NCBI GenBank assembly: GCA_963747905.1
Contig: CAVVHF010000018.1
Location: forward strand, 1,135 to 65,134
Source: an uncultured bacterium
GTDB taxonomy: Bacteria; Patescibacteriota; Minisyncoccia; UBA6257; 2-01-FULL-56-20
Length of the DNA stretch: 64,000 nt
Reading direction: 5' to 3'
Below, one piece after another: positions 1 to 9,924 of the stretch. Every line of letters begins with the position of its first letter. Positions within the stretch are counted from its first letter, which is position 1. The translations under genes were made by a program, and so were the position numbers. Below the pieces are notes generated by a model. The model made no database searches. It had not been told where the DNA came from and saw nothing but the letters and a program-made list of their open reading frames with translations.

Positions 1-350
1 CAAAATCGCTGGTGGTCATTTTTCTCGTAATCGTTGCCGGCTGGGGCTACTATGATTACTTTTTTGTGTGGGCACAAAACCCCAATGTGTCCGGCGCGTT
101 CAGCGCAAACTACGTGACGATCGGTCAGCAGATCAACGCGTTGCCGACGAGTACGCCCAAGTACGCCGTCGTGAATGCGGGCGGAGTCATCGCGCGCGGC
201 ATCCCCGTGTCGGCAGAGACGACGATGTTCGTCACGCACTCCTTTACCACAAGCGATGCCGCGGCGGCGAATATTCACTATTTATTGCCCACACAAACGA
301 GCAGTATTCCCATGGAAACGCCAAGCGCAGATGTGTTTGAGATAAATTAG
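1..350 (+). CDS. C-terminal fragment of a membrane protein, possibly an ArnT/GT39-like glycosyltransferase; the gene runs off the 5' window edge
   Basis: The open frame continues upstream of position 1 with no stop; the hydrophobic stretch VIFLVIVAGWGYYDYFFVW precedes a soluble tail; the family assignment is only a guess. Confidence 0.3.
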   Translation, partial: KSLVVIFLVIVAGWGYYDYFFVWAQNPNVSGAFSANYVTIGQQINALPTSTPKYAVVNAGGVIARGIPVSAETTMFVTHSFTTSDAAAANIHYLLPTQTSSIPMETPSADVFEIN

Positions 351-486
351 CAATCACGCTCTGCTTTCTCTAGCGTCTGATTCAATCCCAACTGTATTTC
401 CTCGCTAACCAGATCGATATAGACAGATTTCGCTTTTTTATGTAAGACTGCTCTGTATACTCATTAAATCTTCTTTTTTGCGATCC

Positions 487-723
487 CTATTTCCTAAATA
501 ATTCCCCGAACTTCAGCTTACACACCGCAAAAAGATAGATGATCTCCAAAATGCCGACAGTGTTCACGACGAGCATGATCACGAACCACCACGGCTGCCC
601 GCGACGTCCCGCATGCCACAACGCGAGGCCTTTCCAAAACAGGCTCCAAACGACGAGGCACAGCAACCACGAACCAAACGACGCCGACAACCCCGTCCCC
701 AACGCCGAATTTAAGATATTCAT
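487..723 (-). CDS. small 2-TM membrane protein (resembles DUF5652-type proteins), co-oriented downstream of rplU
   Basis: The internal Met MNILNSALGTG gives a 79-aa product that does not overlap rplU; the motif LWHAGRRGQPWWFVIMLVVNTVGILEIIYL is typical of small CPR membrane proteins. Confidence 0.45.
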   Translation of the reverse strand: MNILNSALGTGLSASFGSWLLCLVVWSLFWKGLALWHAGRRGQPWWFVIMLVVNTVGILEIIYLFAVCKLKFGELFRK

Positions 724-730
724 ATCAAAA

Positions 731-1045
731 TTATATCTTTGTGATCTCAATCTCTGTATACTCCTGCCGATGCCCTTTTTTCTTCCGTCCGCGGGTTTTC
801 GGATGATATTTGAAGACGATCGCTTTCTTGCCGCGACCATCGCCCATCACTTTTGCCTCGGTCTTTGCACCAGTGACGTACGGCGCGCCTACTTTGACCG
901 TGTCGCCAACCGACATCAAAAGAACGGTCTCAAAGACCACCGTATCGCCTGCCTTCACGTCCAACTTCTCTACTTTAAGCTTCGCTCCAACGGAGACGCG
1001 GTACTGCTTGCCCCCCGTTTCAATAACTGAAAAATCGTTTGCCAT
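731..1045 (-). CDS. rplU: 50S ribosomal protein L21
   Basis: N-terminus FSVIETGGKQYRV and the overall 104-aa basic protein match the L21 family. Confidence 0.9.
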   Translation of the reverse strand: MANDFSVIETGGKQYRVSVGAKLKVEKLDVKAGDTVVFETVLLMSVGDTVKVGAPYVTGAKTEAKVMGDGRGKKAIVFKYHPKTRGRKKKGHRQEYTEIEITKI

Positions 1046-1070
1046 GGTGTTAATACCTTTTTAATAGAAT

Positions 1071-1415
1071 TTAATTGACTTTGATTATAGCCGTGAAGGC
1101 CAAAAAAAGCAAGATGGCCATAACGAGAGTCATTACGGCGACGATCTTTCCCAAAACATTGTCCCGCGCTTCAAGATCCAGCGCGATAAAAAAGTTTATA
1201 ACGATGATGGCGATGCCGAGTATTCCCATCCACAGAAGACTGCCAAAACTCCCAATGCTCGTGATGCCGGCCATATCATTGAAATGTAGGATGAGCGGTC
1301 CGGAGGTCTCACCGCCGAGCGCGCCGAGCGCCCAAAAGAATCCGCCCGCCGCAAATGCGAGCGAAACAAGAGAGAGCAGGCCGACAAGACGATATTTTTT
1401 TATCTTTTCGATCAT
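1071..1415 (-). CDS. hypothetical small membrane protein (3 predicted TM segments)
   Basis: 114-aa ORF with hydrophobic segments and no recognised motif. Confidence 0.4.
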   Translation of the reverse strand: MIEKIKKYRLVGLLSLVSLAFAAGGFFWALGALGGETSGPLILHFNDMAGITSIGSFGSLLWMGILGIAIIVINFFIALDLEARDNVLGKIVAVMTLVMAILLFLAFTAIIKVN

Positions 1416-1448
1416 GGTTTTGTTGTGCGATGGAATGCAACCCGCGTG

Positions 1449-2444
1449 TTATGCTTTTTTCCCTCTTCCACGTAGGATCGCGGCAGCCTGATCCGGATCG
1501 ACGATATTGATCTCGATGTTGGTAGAGAATTCGAACCCGGCGTCAGAAGATGTTCGCGGTATCACCTGTATATGCCAATGATGATGACGATAATCCTTAT
1601 TGTCCAACGGCGTGTCATGCACAAAAAAATTCAGGTCGGGATCGTTAAGATTTTTTTTCATTCTTCGCATTACCAACTGAAGCGCGAGCGCGATGCCGCG
1701 CACTGCAGCAGGCGGTGTCTCGCGGAACGACGGCCAATGTCTCTTAGGAATAACGCTTACTTCAAACGGTCGCTTTGAGGCGTACGGCGCGAGTGCAATC
1801 GCATGCTCGTTCTCCGCAACGACGCGAACCCTCTTTTTACTCTCCACTTTTATGATGTCGCATCGCACACATCGGCCATATTTTTTGAAATACTCATTGG
1901 TGCCACGTAGCGAATGGACGGTATGTGGCGGAACGATCGGAAGGGTAAGCATTTGATAATGGGGATGCCAGATCGAAGCGCCCGCGCCTGGACCGTAATT
2001 ATAAAACGATGAAATGTATGCCGCACACTTGTCTTTCGTCGCCATATCATGAAATGCTTGCAGCACCCCGAATACTTTTGCCGCTTCATTTTTATTGAGA
2101 TCGATAAAATGCTTATGGTGGTCGCGGGTAATGAGCACATTATGCGTTCCCACCGCAGTGCGCGCATGATAGATCTCATGGCGCAACGGTACCGAGCATA
2201 CTGCGCCACGCTCGACGGCGGGATATTTATTTTGGACAACCGCAACTTCCCATTTTTTTTCATTGGGGAAAACGAAAATCGGAGGCCAGTTGCCCGATTT
2301 TTTTAGGTTCTCGAACGGACACGTGCTCTTCGGCGATGGTTTGCGTGGCTTCTTTTTTTGATCCAAAAACTTCGGCCGCGCAGCGCGCCCCGGCGCCAAC
2401 AACACCCAGTCCCCTGAAATGAGATCTTGTCGCAATTCGCTCAT
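1449..2444 (-). CDS. galT: galactose-1-phosphate uridylyltransferase (HIT-family GalT)
   Basis: HPHYQ (HxHxQ) active-site motif and CPF zinc motif near the N-terminus; the start MSELRQ is chosen because it abuts the pbp2 stop without overlap. Confidence 0.75.
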   Translation of the reverse strand: MSELRQDLISGDWVLLAPGRAARPKFLDQKKKPRKPSPKSTCPFENLKKSGNWPPIFVFPNEKKWEVAVVQNKYPAVERGAVCSVPLRHEIYHARTAVGTHNVLITRDHHKHFIDLNKNEAAKVFGVLQAFHDMATKDKCAAYISSFYNYGPGAGASIWHPHYQMLTLPIVPPHTVHSLRGTNEYFKKYGRCVRCDIIKVESKKRVRVVAENEHAIALAPYASKRPFEVSVIPKRHWPSFRETPPAAVRGIALALQLVMRRMKKNLNDPDLNFFVHDTPLDNKDYRHHHWHIQVIPRTSSDAGFEFSTNIEINIVDPDQAAAILRGRGKKA

Positions 2445-2445
2445 G

Positions 2446-4374
2446 TTATTGTGCGGTGCTCGTGGCATTCTTGCCGCCGGTCATCCTGTTGTTATAGTAC
2501 CAATCAAATACCTCCTTGGCGATAGGCACCGCGTTCAAACTGCCCTGCTTTGAGTTCTCAATCAATATAAGAAGCGCAATTTTTGGATTGGTGCATGGGA
2601 AATAGCCTACAAAGAGCGCGTTCTCCTCCTGGTTATTCTGTACCTGCGCACTGCCGGTCTTCGCGCACGCCTGCGCCGGAAGACCGTCCATCGTGTAGGC
2701 GGTACCGCGCGGGTCGGACACTGTCTCAAGCATCCCCTGCTGCACCTGCTGTATCTGCGGCAAAAGATACGTCAGATCTTCGCTCACCACCGGCGTGGAG
2801 CTGGCATTCAGGAATGGCTTGTAGATCTTTCCGCCGTTCGCGATCGCGTCGATATAGCTCAGTAGCTGGATCGGCGTGACGGCGAGCGAACCCTGCCCGA
2901 TGGAAATGTTGTACGTATCGCCGAGCGACCATGGCCGTGTGGAAACGGTGCTCCACCAAGCGGGCGTCGGCAAAAATCCTTCCGCTTCGCTCGGCAGGTC
3001 GATTCCGGTCGGCTTTCCCAACCCGAACGTCGTCCACCAGTCATATAATTTTGCCGCACCTAATCCGCTAACGCCGTAATCGACCGGATTGTTGAGCGGA
3101 GGCGTAGTGTATTCCGGTGAACCACCACCCACAATATAAAAGTAAACGTCGGACGATTGCGCGAGCGCGGACGCAAGATCGATATAGCCATGCGATTCCC
3201 AGTCCGCATACTTCGTCGGCGTGGAAGAATTGTACGGATCGGGAACCGTAAGATAACCGGGAGAATACAGTTGGCGATCCGGCGTGATGACGCCTTCCTT
3301 CAATGCCGCAACACCGTCGAGCGGCTTGATGGTGGATCCCGGCTGGTATTGCCCGGAAACAACGCGATCAAACAGTGGCTTATCGAGCGATGTAAGATAA
3401 TCCTGGATTTCCGCACTGCTACTTGCGGGATTCTCAAATGCATTGTTATCAAACCCCGGTAGATTGACAAGCGAGAGCACCGCGCCCGTCTGCGGGTTGA
3501 TGGCAAGCCCCACGCCCACCTGCCGCCCAAGCACGGCGAGCTCCTGCGCAATGCCGTCATACATCTCCGTCTGCAACCCACCGTCGATCGTCAGATGCAC
3601 CGAACCGCCGATGGTGGAAGCGGATTGTTGCTCTTCTCCCAGCACCTTCCCATACGCGTCGGTAAATTTGATATCCACGCCCGGCGTACCCTGCAATGCC
3701 GTATCATATTCTTCTTCGATGCCCATCTTACCGACAAAGTCATCCGCGGTAAGTTTTGAATTATTTGCGAGATCGGCTTGGCTCACGCGACCGACATATC
3801 CCACGACAGATGAGAATACTGTGCCATTTAGATAATATCGCTCAAAATCGCTCTGAACCTTTATTGTTGATGATGCTCCAAGCGCCTGCAGGTTCACCAG
3901 CTCCGATTGATTGAGATCCTGCGTGAGCACCACGGGCGTAGAAAAATCCTGCGCCTCGCTTTGGCCGAGTAGTGACCACACTGTGGATGATGGCACGCCG
4001 AGGATACTTTGCGCTTCGGCAATCGTAGAGCTTTGCAACGATGGATCGGAGATGAAAAGCTGCGCATCGAGCACCGCGTCGAACACCGCTTCGTTCGTGA
4101 CGAGAGGATCTCCTTCCGCGTCGTAGATAATGCCCCGCGGCGCGGGCGTCGCCTGCTCCTGGCTGGCGTTGTCGATCGCGCGCGCGGCATAATATGCTCC
4201 ACCGGTCCAGTTTAAATACACCACGCGACCGAGGACGACGAGCGCAATGCACGCAATGACCACACCAAGGATGACGACCGGGCGAGTGCCAAGCGGTACT
4301 TCCACCATATCAAGGTCGTGGCCCCAATCATCATTCAATGAATCCTCAAATGGGATCTCCGGCTTTTTTTTCAT
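2446..4374 (-). CDS. mrdA: penicillin-binding protein 2 / peptidoglycan D,D-transpeptidase
   Basis: N-terminal TM anchor; transpeptidase motifs STIKP (SxxK), SSD (SxN) and KTGSA (KTG); sits immediately downstream of mreBCD. Confidence 0.8.
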   Translation of the reverse strand: MKKKPEIPFEDSLNDDWGHDLDMVEVPLGTRPVVILGVVIACIALVVLGRVVYLNWTGGAYYAARAIDNASQEQATPAPRGIIYDAEGDPLVTNEAVFDAVLDAQLFISDPSLQSSTIAEAQSILGVPSSTVWSLLGQSEAQDFSTPVVLTQDLNQSELVNLQALGASSTIKVQSDFERYYLNGTVFSSVVGYVGRVSQADLANNSKLTADDFVGKMGIEEEYDTALQGTPGVDIKFTDAYGKVLGEEQQSASTIGGSVHLTIDGGLQTEMYDGIAQELAVLGRQVGVGLAINPQTGAVLSLVNLPGFDNNAFENPASSSAEIQDYLTSLDKPLFDRVVSGQYQPGSTIKPLDGVAALKEGVITPDRQLYSPGYLTVPDPYNSSTPTKYADWESHGYIDLASALAQSSDVYFYIVGGGSPEYTTPPLNNPVDYGVSGLGAAKLYDWWTTFGLGKPTGIDLPSEAEGFLPTPAWWSTVSTRPWSLGDTYNISIGQGSLAVTPIQLLSYIDAIANGGKIYKPFLNASSTPVVSEDLTYLLPQIQQVQQGMLETVSDPRGTAYTMDGLPAQACAKTGSAQVQNNQEENALFVGYFPCTNPKIALLILIENSKQGSLNAVPIAKEVFDWYYNNRMTGGKNATSTAQ

Positions 4375-4395
4375 AACAAAAATTTGATTGAAAAA

Positions 4396-4836
4396 TTATT
4401 TGACCTCCAACCGGTCGAAGATGAGAAAAACCAGACCCCCGAAGATCAACGCGCCAAATAGATCGATGAAGAATAAATTCCAGTTTGTAAGGAATGCCGC
4501 TGGGGCGATGGCGAGATAGAGAAGAATGAAGCCACAGACGATTGCCACCGGCGCCGCCACCCACGCTGTCCACGCGAAGACTTTATGAAACGCGTATGCC
4601 ACGATCGGAATGATGGCAAAAAGAAAAATATCCACGCTCATGATCGGCTGCCAGTTGACCACAAAAATAGCAAAGAGGACAAACACAAGCAATTCCCAAA
4701 TATCAAAAAAGAATGCGAAAACAATGAGCGTCGCCAAAATGAAGTTGATGAACACTCCCACCGACGCAAACCAAAATTGAAACGCACACGCGAGGAGAAG
4801 AATAAGAATGGCAAGAATGGATCGCAATCGCAACAT
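4396..4836 (-). CDS. mreD: rod shape-determining protein MreD (polytopic membrane protein)
   Basis: 146-aa multi-TM protein in the canonical position between mreC and pbp2. Confidence 0.5.
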   Translation of the reverse strand: MLRLRSILAILILLLACAFQFWFASVGVFINFILATLIVFAFFFDIWELLVFVLFAIFVVNWQPIMSVDIFLFAIIPIVAYAFHKVFAWTAWVAAPVAIVCGFILLYLAIAPAAFLTNWNLFFIDLFGALIFGGLVFLIFDRLEVK

Positions 4837-4837
4837 G

Positions 4838-5548
4838 TTATTTCATAATGAGAACTGTCTCAATATTGTTCACGTTATACGGAAAGCTGAGCGTCGCCTG
4901 CTGAAAAAGACTGTCCGCCGAAGTGCCCGTCGCCACCACTTCCGCAATTGGTTGCGCGTACGGGATGCCCGGCGTAGCAGAATATACAATATCGCCCGAC
5001 GTAATTGTCGCCGCACTTGCGATTGATCCGACCACAGGATCCGCGCCGCCCTGCAAAAGAGCGTCGGTACCGGCGGAACCGATACGCACCGGCATCTTGA
5101 GATTGTTATCAAAGATCGTCTGAACGATCGACTCGTCAGAAAACACTTTTAACACCTGGCCGATCAGCATTCCCTGAAACACAACTGCGGCACCGGGCGT
5201 CACGCCAACGTTTGCACCCGCGTTTACCAACAGCTCGTTCCGAAAATTCATCGGATAACGCGAATACACCATGGCACGGATTGTGTTCGGTGTGGATGTC
5301 GGCAACTGCGATGCCATCACCTGCAAGGTAGCAAGTTGCGCCTGCAACGCATCGTTCTGTGCCGCAAGCGTTGGACTGTCCACCTGCGATAGGGCCGCGT
5401 TATTGTTCTCGACTGAGCCGCCCAGCGCGGGGCTCAACCACGCGCGAAGCGTCCATCCAAAAGACGGTATAAAAACAATAAGGAACAAAAGGATGACGAT
5501 GAGCGCGCCAGAGACCCAACGATTATTTGATGAACGCTCTCGCCCCAT
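4838..5548 (-). CDS. mreC: rod shape-determining protein MreC
   Basis: N-terminal TM segment, a coiled-coil-like QAQLATLQ region and Gly-rich beta domains (GVTPGAAVVFQGMLIGQV); its position follows mreB. Confidence 0.7.
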   Translation of the reverse strand: MGRERSSNNRWVSGALIVILLFLIVFIPSFGWTLRAWLSPALGGSVENNNAALSQVDSPTLAAQNDALQAQLATLQVMASQLPTSTPNTIRAMVYSRYPMNFRNELLVNAGANVGVTPGAAVVFQGMLIGQVLKVFSDESIVQTIFDNNLKMPVRIGSAGTDALLQGGADPVVGSIASAATITSGDIVYSATPGIPYAQPIAEVVATGTSADSLFQQATLSFPYNVNNIETVLIMK

Positions 5549-5563
5549 TGAATATCGGTTCCA

Positions 5564-6607
5564 TTATAAATTGATGTAGAGCGGCTTCAGTGGATTATCG
5601 AGCAGCTCGCGGTTCCCCTCGAAGTCGTCCACCATCTGGCCAAGCCCGCGTACTACGCAGGTCAGCGGATCGTCGGCCACGGTCACGGTAACGCCGGTCT
5701 CTTTTTCAAGCAGCTCGTCGAGTCCGCGCAGGAGCGCGCCGCCGCCACACATCACGATGCCCCCACGTAAGACGTCGCCCGCCAACTCCGGCGGTGTTTC
5801 TTCGATCACCTCGTGCACCGAATCGATGATCTGGCGAAGCGACTTTGAGATCGCCATGCGGACGTGATTGTTCTTCATCCCCACTTCTCGCGGAAGACCG
5901 CTCGTATAATCGCGTCCGCGGATGGGGACTTCCATGCGCTCGTCGAGCGGGATGGCAGAACCAACCGCGATCTTGGCAAACTCCGCCGTCGGCTCGCCAA
6001 TCGCCAGATGAAATTCGTCACGCACGTAACGAATGATATCTTCGTTGAACTTATCCCCCGCCACCTTGAGCGTCCGCGAGACCACCGTGCCGCCGAGCGA
6101 GATGACCGCGATGTCGGTCGTGCCACCGCCGATGTCGATAATCATACTCGCCGTCGGTGCCATGATCGGCAACCCGGCGCCGAGAGCGGCCGCCGTCGTC
6201 GATTCGACCAGATATACCTTTGAACAACCGGCATTCAACGCGGCGTCCTCAACGGACTTTCGTTCCACTTCAGTGAGGTTGTTTGGAATCGCGATGATAG
6301 CGCGGCGATACGACATGATCGGGCTCGTCTTCGGGCGGCTAAGCAGATGGCGAAGCATCTCTTCGGTCATCTCAAAATCGGAAATAACGCCATTCACGAG
6401 CGGACGCACGACGTTGATGTGCGGTGGTACACGACCCAACATTTTTTTTGCTTCATCGCCGACCGCGAGGACGTGGTTCGTTTTGGTATTAATCGCCGCG
6501 ACGGACGGCTCATTCACCACGATACCCTTGTTTTTTAAATAGATGAGAGAGTTCGCTGTGCCGAGATCAATGCCGATGTCTTTGAAAACATTGTCGAAGA
6601 GTGCCAT
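5564..6607 (-). CDS. mreB: rod shape-determining actin homologue MreB
   Basis: Actin-fold motifs IGIDLGTANS and DIGGGTTD; 347 aa. Confidence 0.9.
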   Translation of the reverse strand: MALFDNVFKDIGIDLGTANSLIYLKNKGIVVNEPSVAAINTKTNHVLAVGDEAKKMLGRVPPHINVVRPLVNGVISDFEMTEEMLRHLLSRPKTSPIMSYRRAIIAIPNNLTEVERKSVEDAALNAGCSKVYLVESTTAAALGAGLPIMAPTASMIIDIGGGTTDIAVISLGGTVVSRTLKVAGDKFNEDIIRYVRDEFHLAIGEPTAEFAKIAVGSAIPLDERMEVPIRGRDYTSGLPREVGMKNNHVRMAISKSLRQIIDSVHEVIEETPPELAGDVLRGGIVMCGGGALLRGLDELLEKETGVTVTVADDPLTCVVRGLGQMVDDFEGNRELLDNPLKPLYINL

Positions 6608-7851
6608 TATTTTTTAATAAGATTTAATGCTTCATTCAGGTCCACCACCCGCGAATCTTTTTCCGTGCGCTTTTTGATTTCCACTTTGCCATCGCCAAGC
6701 TTTGGACTGACCACAATCCTCCAGGGAATACCGATCAAATCAGCCTCCGCGAACTTCTCGCCCGCGGACATTTCCCTATCGTCATAGAGTACTTTGATGC
6801 CCGCTTTTTGTAAAGTTTCATAGGCTTTTTCGCCATCCGCGCCACCGAGCGCGAGCAGATGCACCGCGAACGGTGCGACCGACTCCGGCCAGATGATACC
6901 GCGCTCGTCATGATACTTTTCCACGATCACGCCCATAGCACGCGAGATGCCGATGCCGAAACAACCCATGATTGGATACTGCTTTTTGCCCTCCTTGTCG
7001 GTATATGTCACGTCAAAGTCCTTCGCAAACTTAGTCCCGAGGTCAAAGACGTTCCCCACCTCCGACGCACGTGCCTTCGCAAGCGTCCCCTTACTACATC
7101 GCGTGCACTTTTCGTCTTCCTTCTCTTTCGCAATCTCTACGTTCACACAAAAGTCGCATGCATCGCAATATAAGATATCATCCTCGCCCGCGTCGGTAAG
7201 CACCATGAATTCATACGAAATTTTTTGCGTGAACGCGCCGCCAGAGGCTTCGGTCGCTTTTGCCACGAGTCCCATCCGATCGTAAATGCGGAAATACGCT
7301 TTCTTCATCTCTGCGTAAAACCGCTCAAAATCTTCCTGCGTCTCGTGGAAGCTATACATGTCCTTCATCAAAAATTCCACGCCGCGCATGAGGCCGGACT
7401 TCGAGCGCAACTCGTCGCGAAACTTCCAGTTAATCTGATATACCGCCCTTGGAAGGTCTTTATAATTATTGATATAACGCATGACGAGCGGCGTCACTAC
7501 CTCTTCCTCGCTCTGCCCAAGCACGTATTCTTTTTCGGTGCGGCTCTTTATTTTGAACAGCACATCGATCTTATCCCAGCCGCCGGTCGTCGCCCAAATA
7601 CTTTTGGGATGGATCATCGGCATGGAAATTTCCTGGCCGCCGACGGCGTCCATTTCCTCACGGACGATGTTCTCTATATTATCCAACACCCGCAACCCGA
7701 GCGGCAGATAGCTGTACACTCCCGCCATCAATTTTGAAACAAATCCCGCCCGCGTTAGGAGCTGGGCGTTTACCGTCGCCTCGTCCTTTGGAGCATTCCG
7801 CTCGGTCTTCGTGAATAATTGAGATTGGCGCATATAGGCACATTTTAGCAC
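6607..7851 (-). CDS. proS: proline--tRNA ligase (compact form without an editing insertion)
   Basis: Class II aaRS motifs, a Zn-binding CxxC...CxxC region (CDACDFC...CTRCS) and a C-terminal anticodon-binding domain; the start may instead be M7 at 7833; its stop overlaps the mreB start (TAATG). Confidence 0.85.
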   Translation of the reverse strand: MLKCAYMRQSQLFTKTERNAPKDEATVNAQLLTRAGFVSKLMAGVYSYLPLGLRVLDNIENIVREEMDAVGGQEISMPMIHPKSIWATTGGWDKIDVLFKIKSRTEKEYVLGQSEEEVVTPLVMRYINNYKDLPRAVYQINWKFRDELRSKSGLMRGVEFLMKDMYSFHETQEDFERFYAEMKKAYFRIYDRMGLVAKATEASGGAFTQKISYEFMVLTDAGEDDILYCDACDFCVNVEIAKEKEDEKCTRCSKGTLAKARASEVGNVFDLGTKFAKDFDVTYTDKEGKKQYPIMGCFGIGISRAMGVIVEKYHDERGIIWPESVAPFAVHLLALGGADGEKAYETLQKAGIKVLYDDREMSAGEKFAEADLIGIPWRIVVSPKLGDGKVEIKKRTEKDSRVVDLNEALNLIKK

Positions 7852-7866
7852 TCACGGCGCGGAGAA

Positions 7867-8964
7867 TCAAAGGATGATACCGCCGCCAAGCATCTCGCCA
7901 TCCGCATCGTAAAACACCGCCGACTGACCTTCTGCCACGAACTTTTGTGGCGCCGCGAACACCAATTTATAATTTCCGTTTTCGAGCTTTGAAAGCGTTG
8001 CATTGGAAAGTGGCTGGCGATAACGCACGCGAGCGCGGACGGGTAAAACTTCTTCCACCGCCCTCCCGGAAATAAAATTCATCTGCGCCAGCTCAACCTC
8101 GTTCCGGTAGAGCGCCGAGTTTTCGCTGCCCTCCGCAAGCACCACCGTATTTGTCGCCGCATCTTTCGACGAAATATAGAGCGGTTTGCGCTCCGCTCCA
8201 GCGCCGCCGGCCGGACCGGTCTTTGGAAACGCAAAGTCAGCATCGATGTGCCGCTGGCCGATGGTATAGAATTCCGCGCCGGAATGCTCGCCAATCTTCT
8301 CGCCAGCCGTGGTTATCAAAGCACCGCGATGTTCCGGAATGTATTGCTTGAGAAAATCATCGAGCGAGAACTTCCCAAGGAAACAAATCCCCTGCGAATC
8401 TTTCTTTTCCGCCGTCGGCAATCCGGCGCGTCGCGCGATTGCGCGAACTTCCGGCTTTATGATTCCGCCTACCGGGAATAAACAATGAGCGAGTTGCTTC
8501 TGGCCAAGCGTCCACAAAAAATACGATTGATCTTTGTTGGAATCGATAGCCTCGAATAATTTAAAAATCCCCTCCGCGGACTTTTCTATCTTTATATAAT
8601 GCCCCGTCGCCACAAAGTCCGCACCGCTTGCGAGCGCTTTCTCCAAAAAAAACCCAAATTTGATCTCGCGATTGCACATCACATCCGGATTCGGCGTGAT
8701 CCCGGCGCGATAGCCTTCTATCATGTACTGTACGACGCGGTCCTTATACTCCTGCTCGAAATCCCAAACATAGAATGAGATGCCGATATGCTCCGCCACG
8801 CGGCGCGCGTCTTCGGCATCGACTTCAGCACAACCGTCGATGTTATAACACTTCATAAATACGCCCACGACATCATAGCCCTGTTCCTTAAGTAAATGCG
8901 CCGCGACGGAGCTATCCACTCCGCCCGACATCCCGACGAAGACGGTCATTGAGTGCCTTAACAT
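7867..8964 (-). CDS. mnmA: tRNA-specific 2-thiouridylase MnmA
   Basis: PP-loop motif GMSGGVDSSV, with a conserved cysteine and C-terminal domains. Confidence 0.85.
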   Translation of the reverse strand: MLRHSMTVFVGMSGGVDSSVAAHLLKEQGYDVVGVFMKCYNIDGCAEVDAEDARRVAEHIGISFYVWDFEQEYKDRVVQYMIEGYRAGITPNPDVMCNREIKFGFFLEKALASGADFVATGHYIKIEKSAEGIFKLFEAIDSNKDQSYFLWTLGQKQLAHCLFPVGGIIKPEVRAIARRAGLPTAEKKDSQGICFLGKFSLDDFLKQYIPEHRGALITTAGEKIGEHSGAEFYTIGQRHIDADFAFPKTGPAGGAGAERKPLYISSKDAATNTVVLAEGSENSALYRNEVELAQMNFISGRAVEEVLPVRARVRYRQPLSNATLSKLENGNYKLVFAAPQKFVAEGQSAVFYDADGEMLGGGIIL

Positions 8965-9000
8965 TTTCTTAAAATTATTTAAAATGGTCTCGGAGGGTTT

Positions 9001-9249
9001 ATGAAAAATCCATTCGGTCTTCGTGTTTACTCGTTCCTTGAAATCAACGATTTTTTGAGTTTCTTGCCGATGTGCACCATCGGAATAACCTTGGCGAGCT
9101 TACTAATCTATCTCGACCTATTCGCTATGGGTATTCGTTTAGGATTGGCTGGCATCTTCCTCATTGCGATACCTACGGGCAAAGGGATTGCCATCATCGG
9201 CTTCCTTTTTCTCCGCCGCAGCGCCACCAACCCCGCCCCTTCCTTATAA
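9001..9249 (+). CDS. hypothetical small membrane protein
   Basis: 82-aa hydrophobic ORF that ends inside a rho-independent terminator; no recognised motif. Confidence 0.3.
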   Translation: MKNPFGLRVYSFLEINDFLSFLPMCTIGITLASLLIYLDLFAMGIRLGLAGIFLIAIPTGKGIAIIGFLFLRRSATNPAPSL

Positions 9250-9265
9250 AGGGGCGCCTTTTTTA
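9228..9265 (+). terminator. rho-independent terminator (stem GCCCCTT/AAGGGGC followed by a T6 run)
   Basis: Hairpin read directly from the sequence, followed by GCCTTTTTT. Confidence 0.5.
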
Positions 9266-9267
9266 TT

Positions 9268-9831
9268 CTACACCCGCTCCACGTAATCCCCCGTCTGCGT
9301 GTTCACGCGGATCATATCGCCTTCGTTCACAAACAGCGGTGCGGAAATCTTTGCGCCTCCTTCGATCGTCACCACCTTGCTGCCGCCCTGTGCGGTATTG
9401 CCCTTGAGCGCCGGCGGCGCCTCTACCACTTTGAACTCCATCTTTACCGGGATCTCGATCGTGATGACCTTGTCTTCGAAGATCATCGTCTGCACGCGGG
9501 TACCCGGTTTCAAAAAACGACCCTGATCGCCAACGACGTCCGCCTCCAAGACAAAACGATCCTTCGGATTATTCTCTTCGTGAAACCAGTACTGACCCTT
9601 GCTCTCGTAGATGAAAATCGCGTGCTTGCGCTCGATCTCCGCCTCTTCGAACGAATCGCTCGCCTGGAAATTGCGGTCCAAAAGCTTACCCGTGATAAGG
9701 TTGCGGATGCGCGTCTGCACGACGGCCTTACGCTGTTGCATACGCAAAAAATGCGTCTCGAGCACCTCGTACGGCGCGCCGTCCATGATGAACAAAACTC
9801 CCTTGGTTAAGTCGGTGTATGCGAGTGCCAT
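9268..9831 (-). CDS. efp: elongation factor P
   Basis: KOW/OB three-domain pattern (GKGGAFVRTK-like region, QFMD-like segments); 187 aa from Met MALAYTD. Confidence 0.9.
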   Translation of the reverse strand: MALAYTDLTKGVLFIMDGAPYEVLETHFLRMQQRKAVVQTRIRNLITGKLLDRNFQASDSFEEAEIERKHAIFIYESKGQYWFHEENNPKDRFVLEADVVGDQGRFLKPGTRVQTMIFEDKVITIEIPVKMEFKVVEAPPALKGNTAQGGSKVVTIEGGAKISAPLFVNEGDMIRVNTQTGDYVERV

Positions 9832-9924
9832 GTCGGATGTTATTGTAGCAGAAATAAAAAAAGCGCACAATGCTGGTAATCAGCAAATGTGCGCTAAGAC
9901 AATTCTTTTTTTTGCCTGTTGCTC

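Noticed and set aside
539-1064. Plus-strand ORFs 539-1030 and 810-1064, antisense to rplU
   Set aside because: They lie entirely antisense to the L21 gene and the small membrane protein; no motifs; typical shadow ORFs in a GC-rich region.
7852-7866. T-box or riboswitch leaders upstream of proS and cysS (32661-32684), and an M-box upstream of corA
   Set aside because: The intergenic spacers are only 15-25 nt, too short for any leader RNA.
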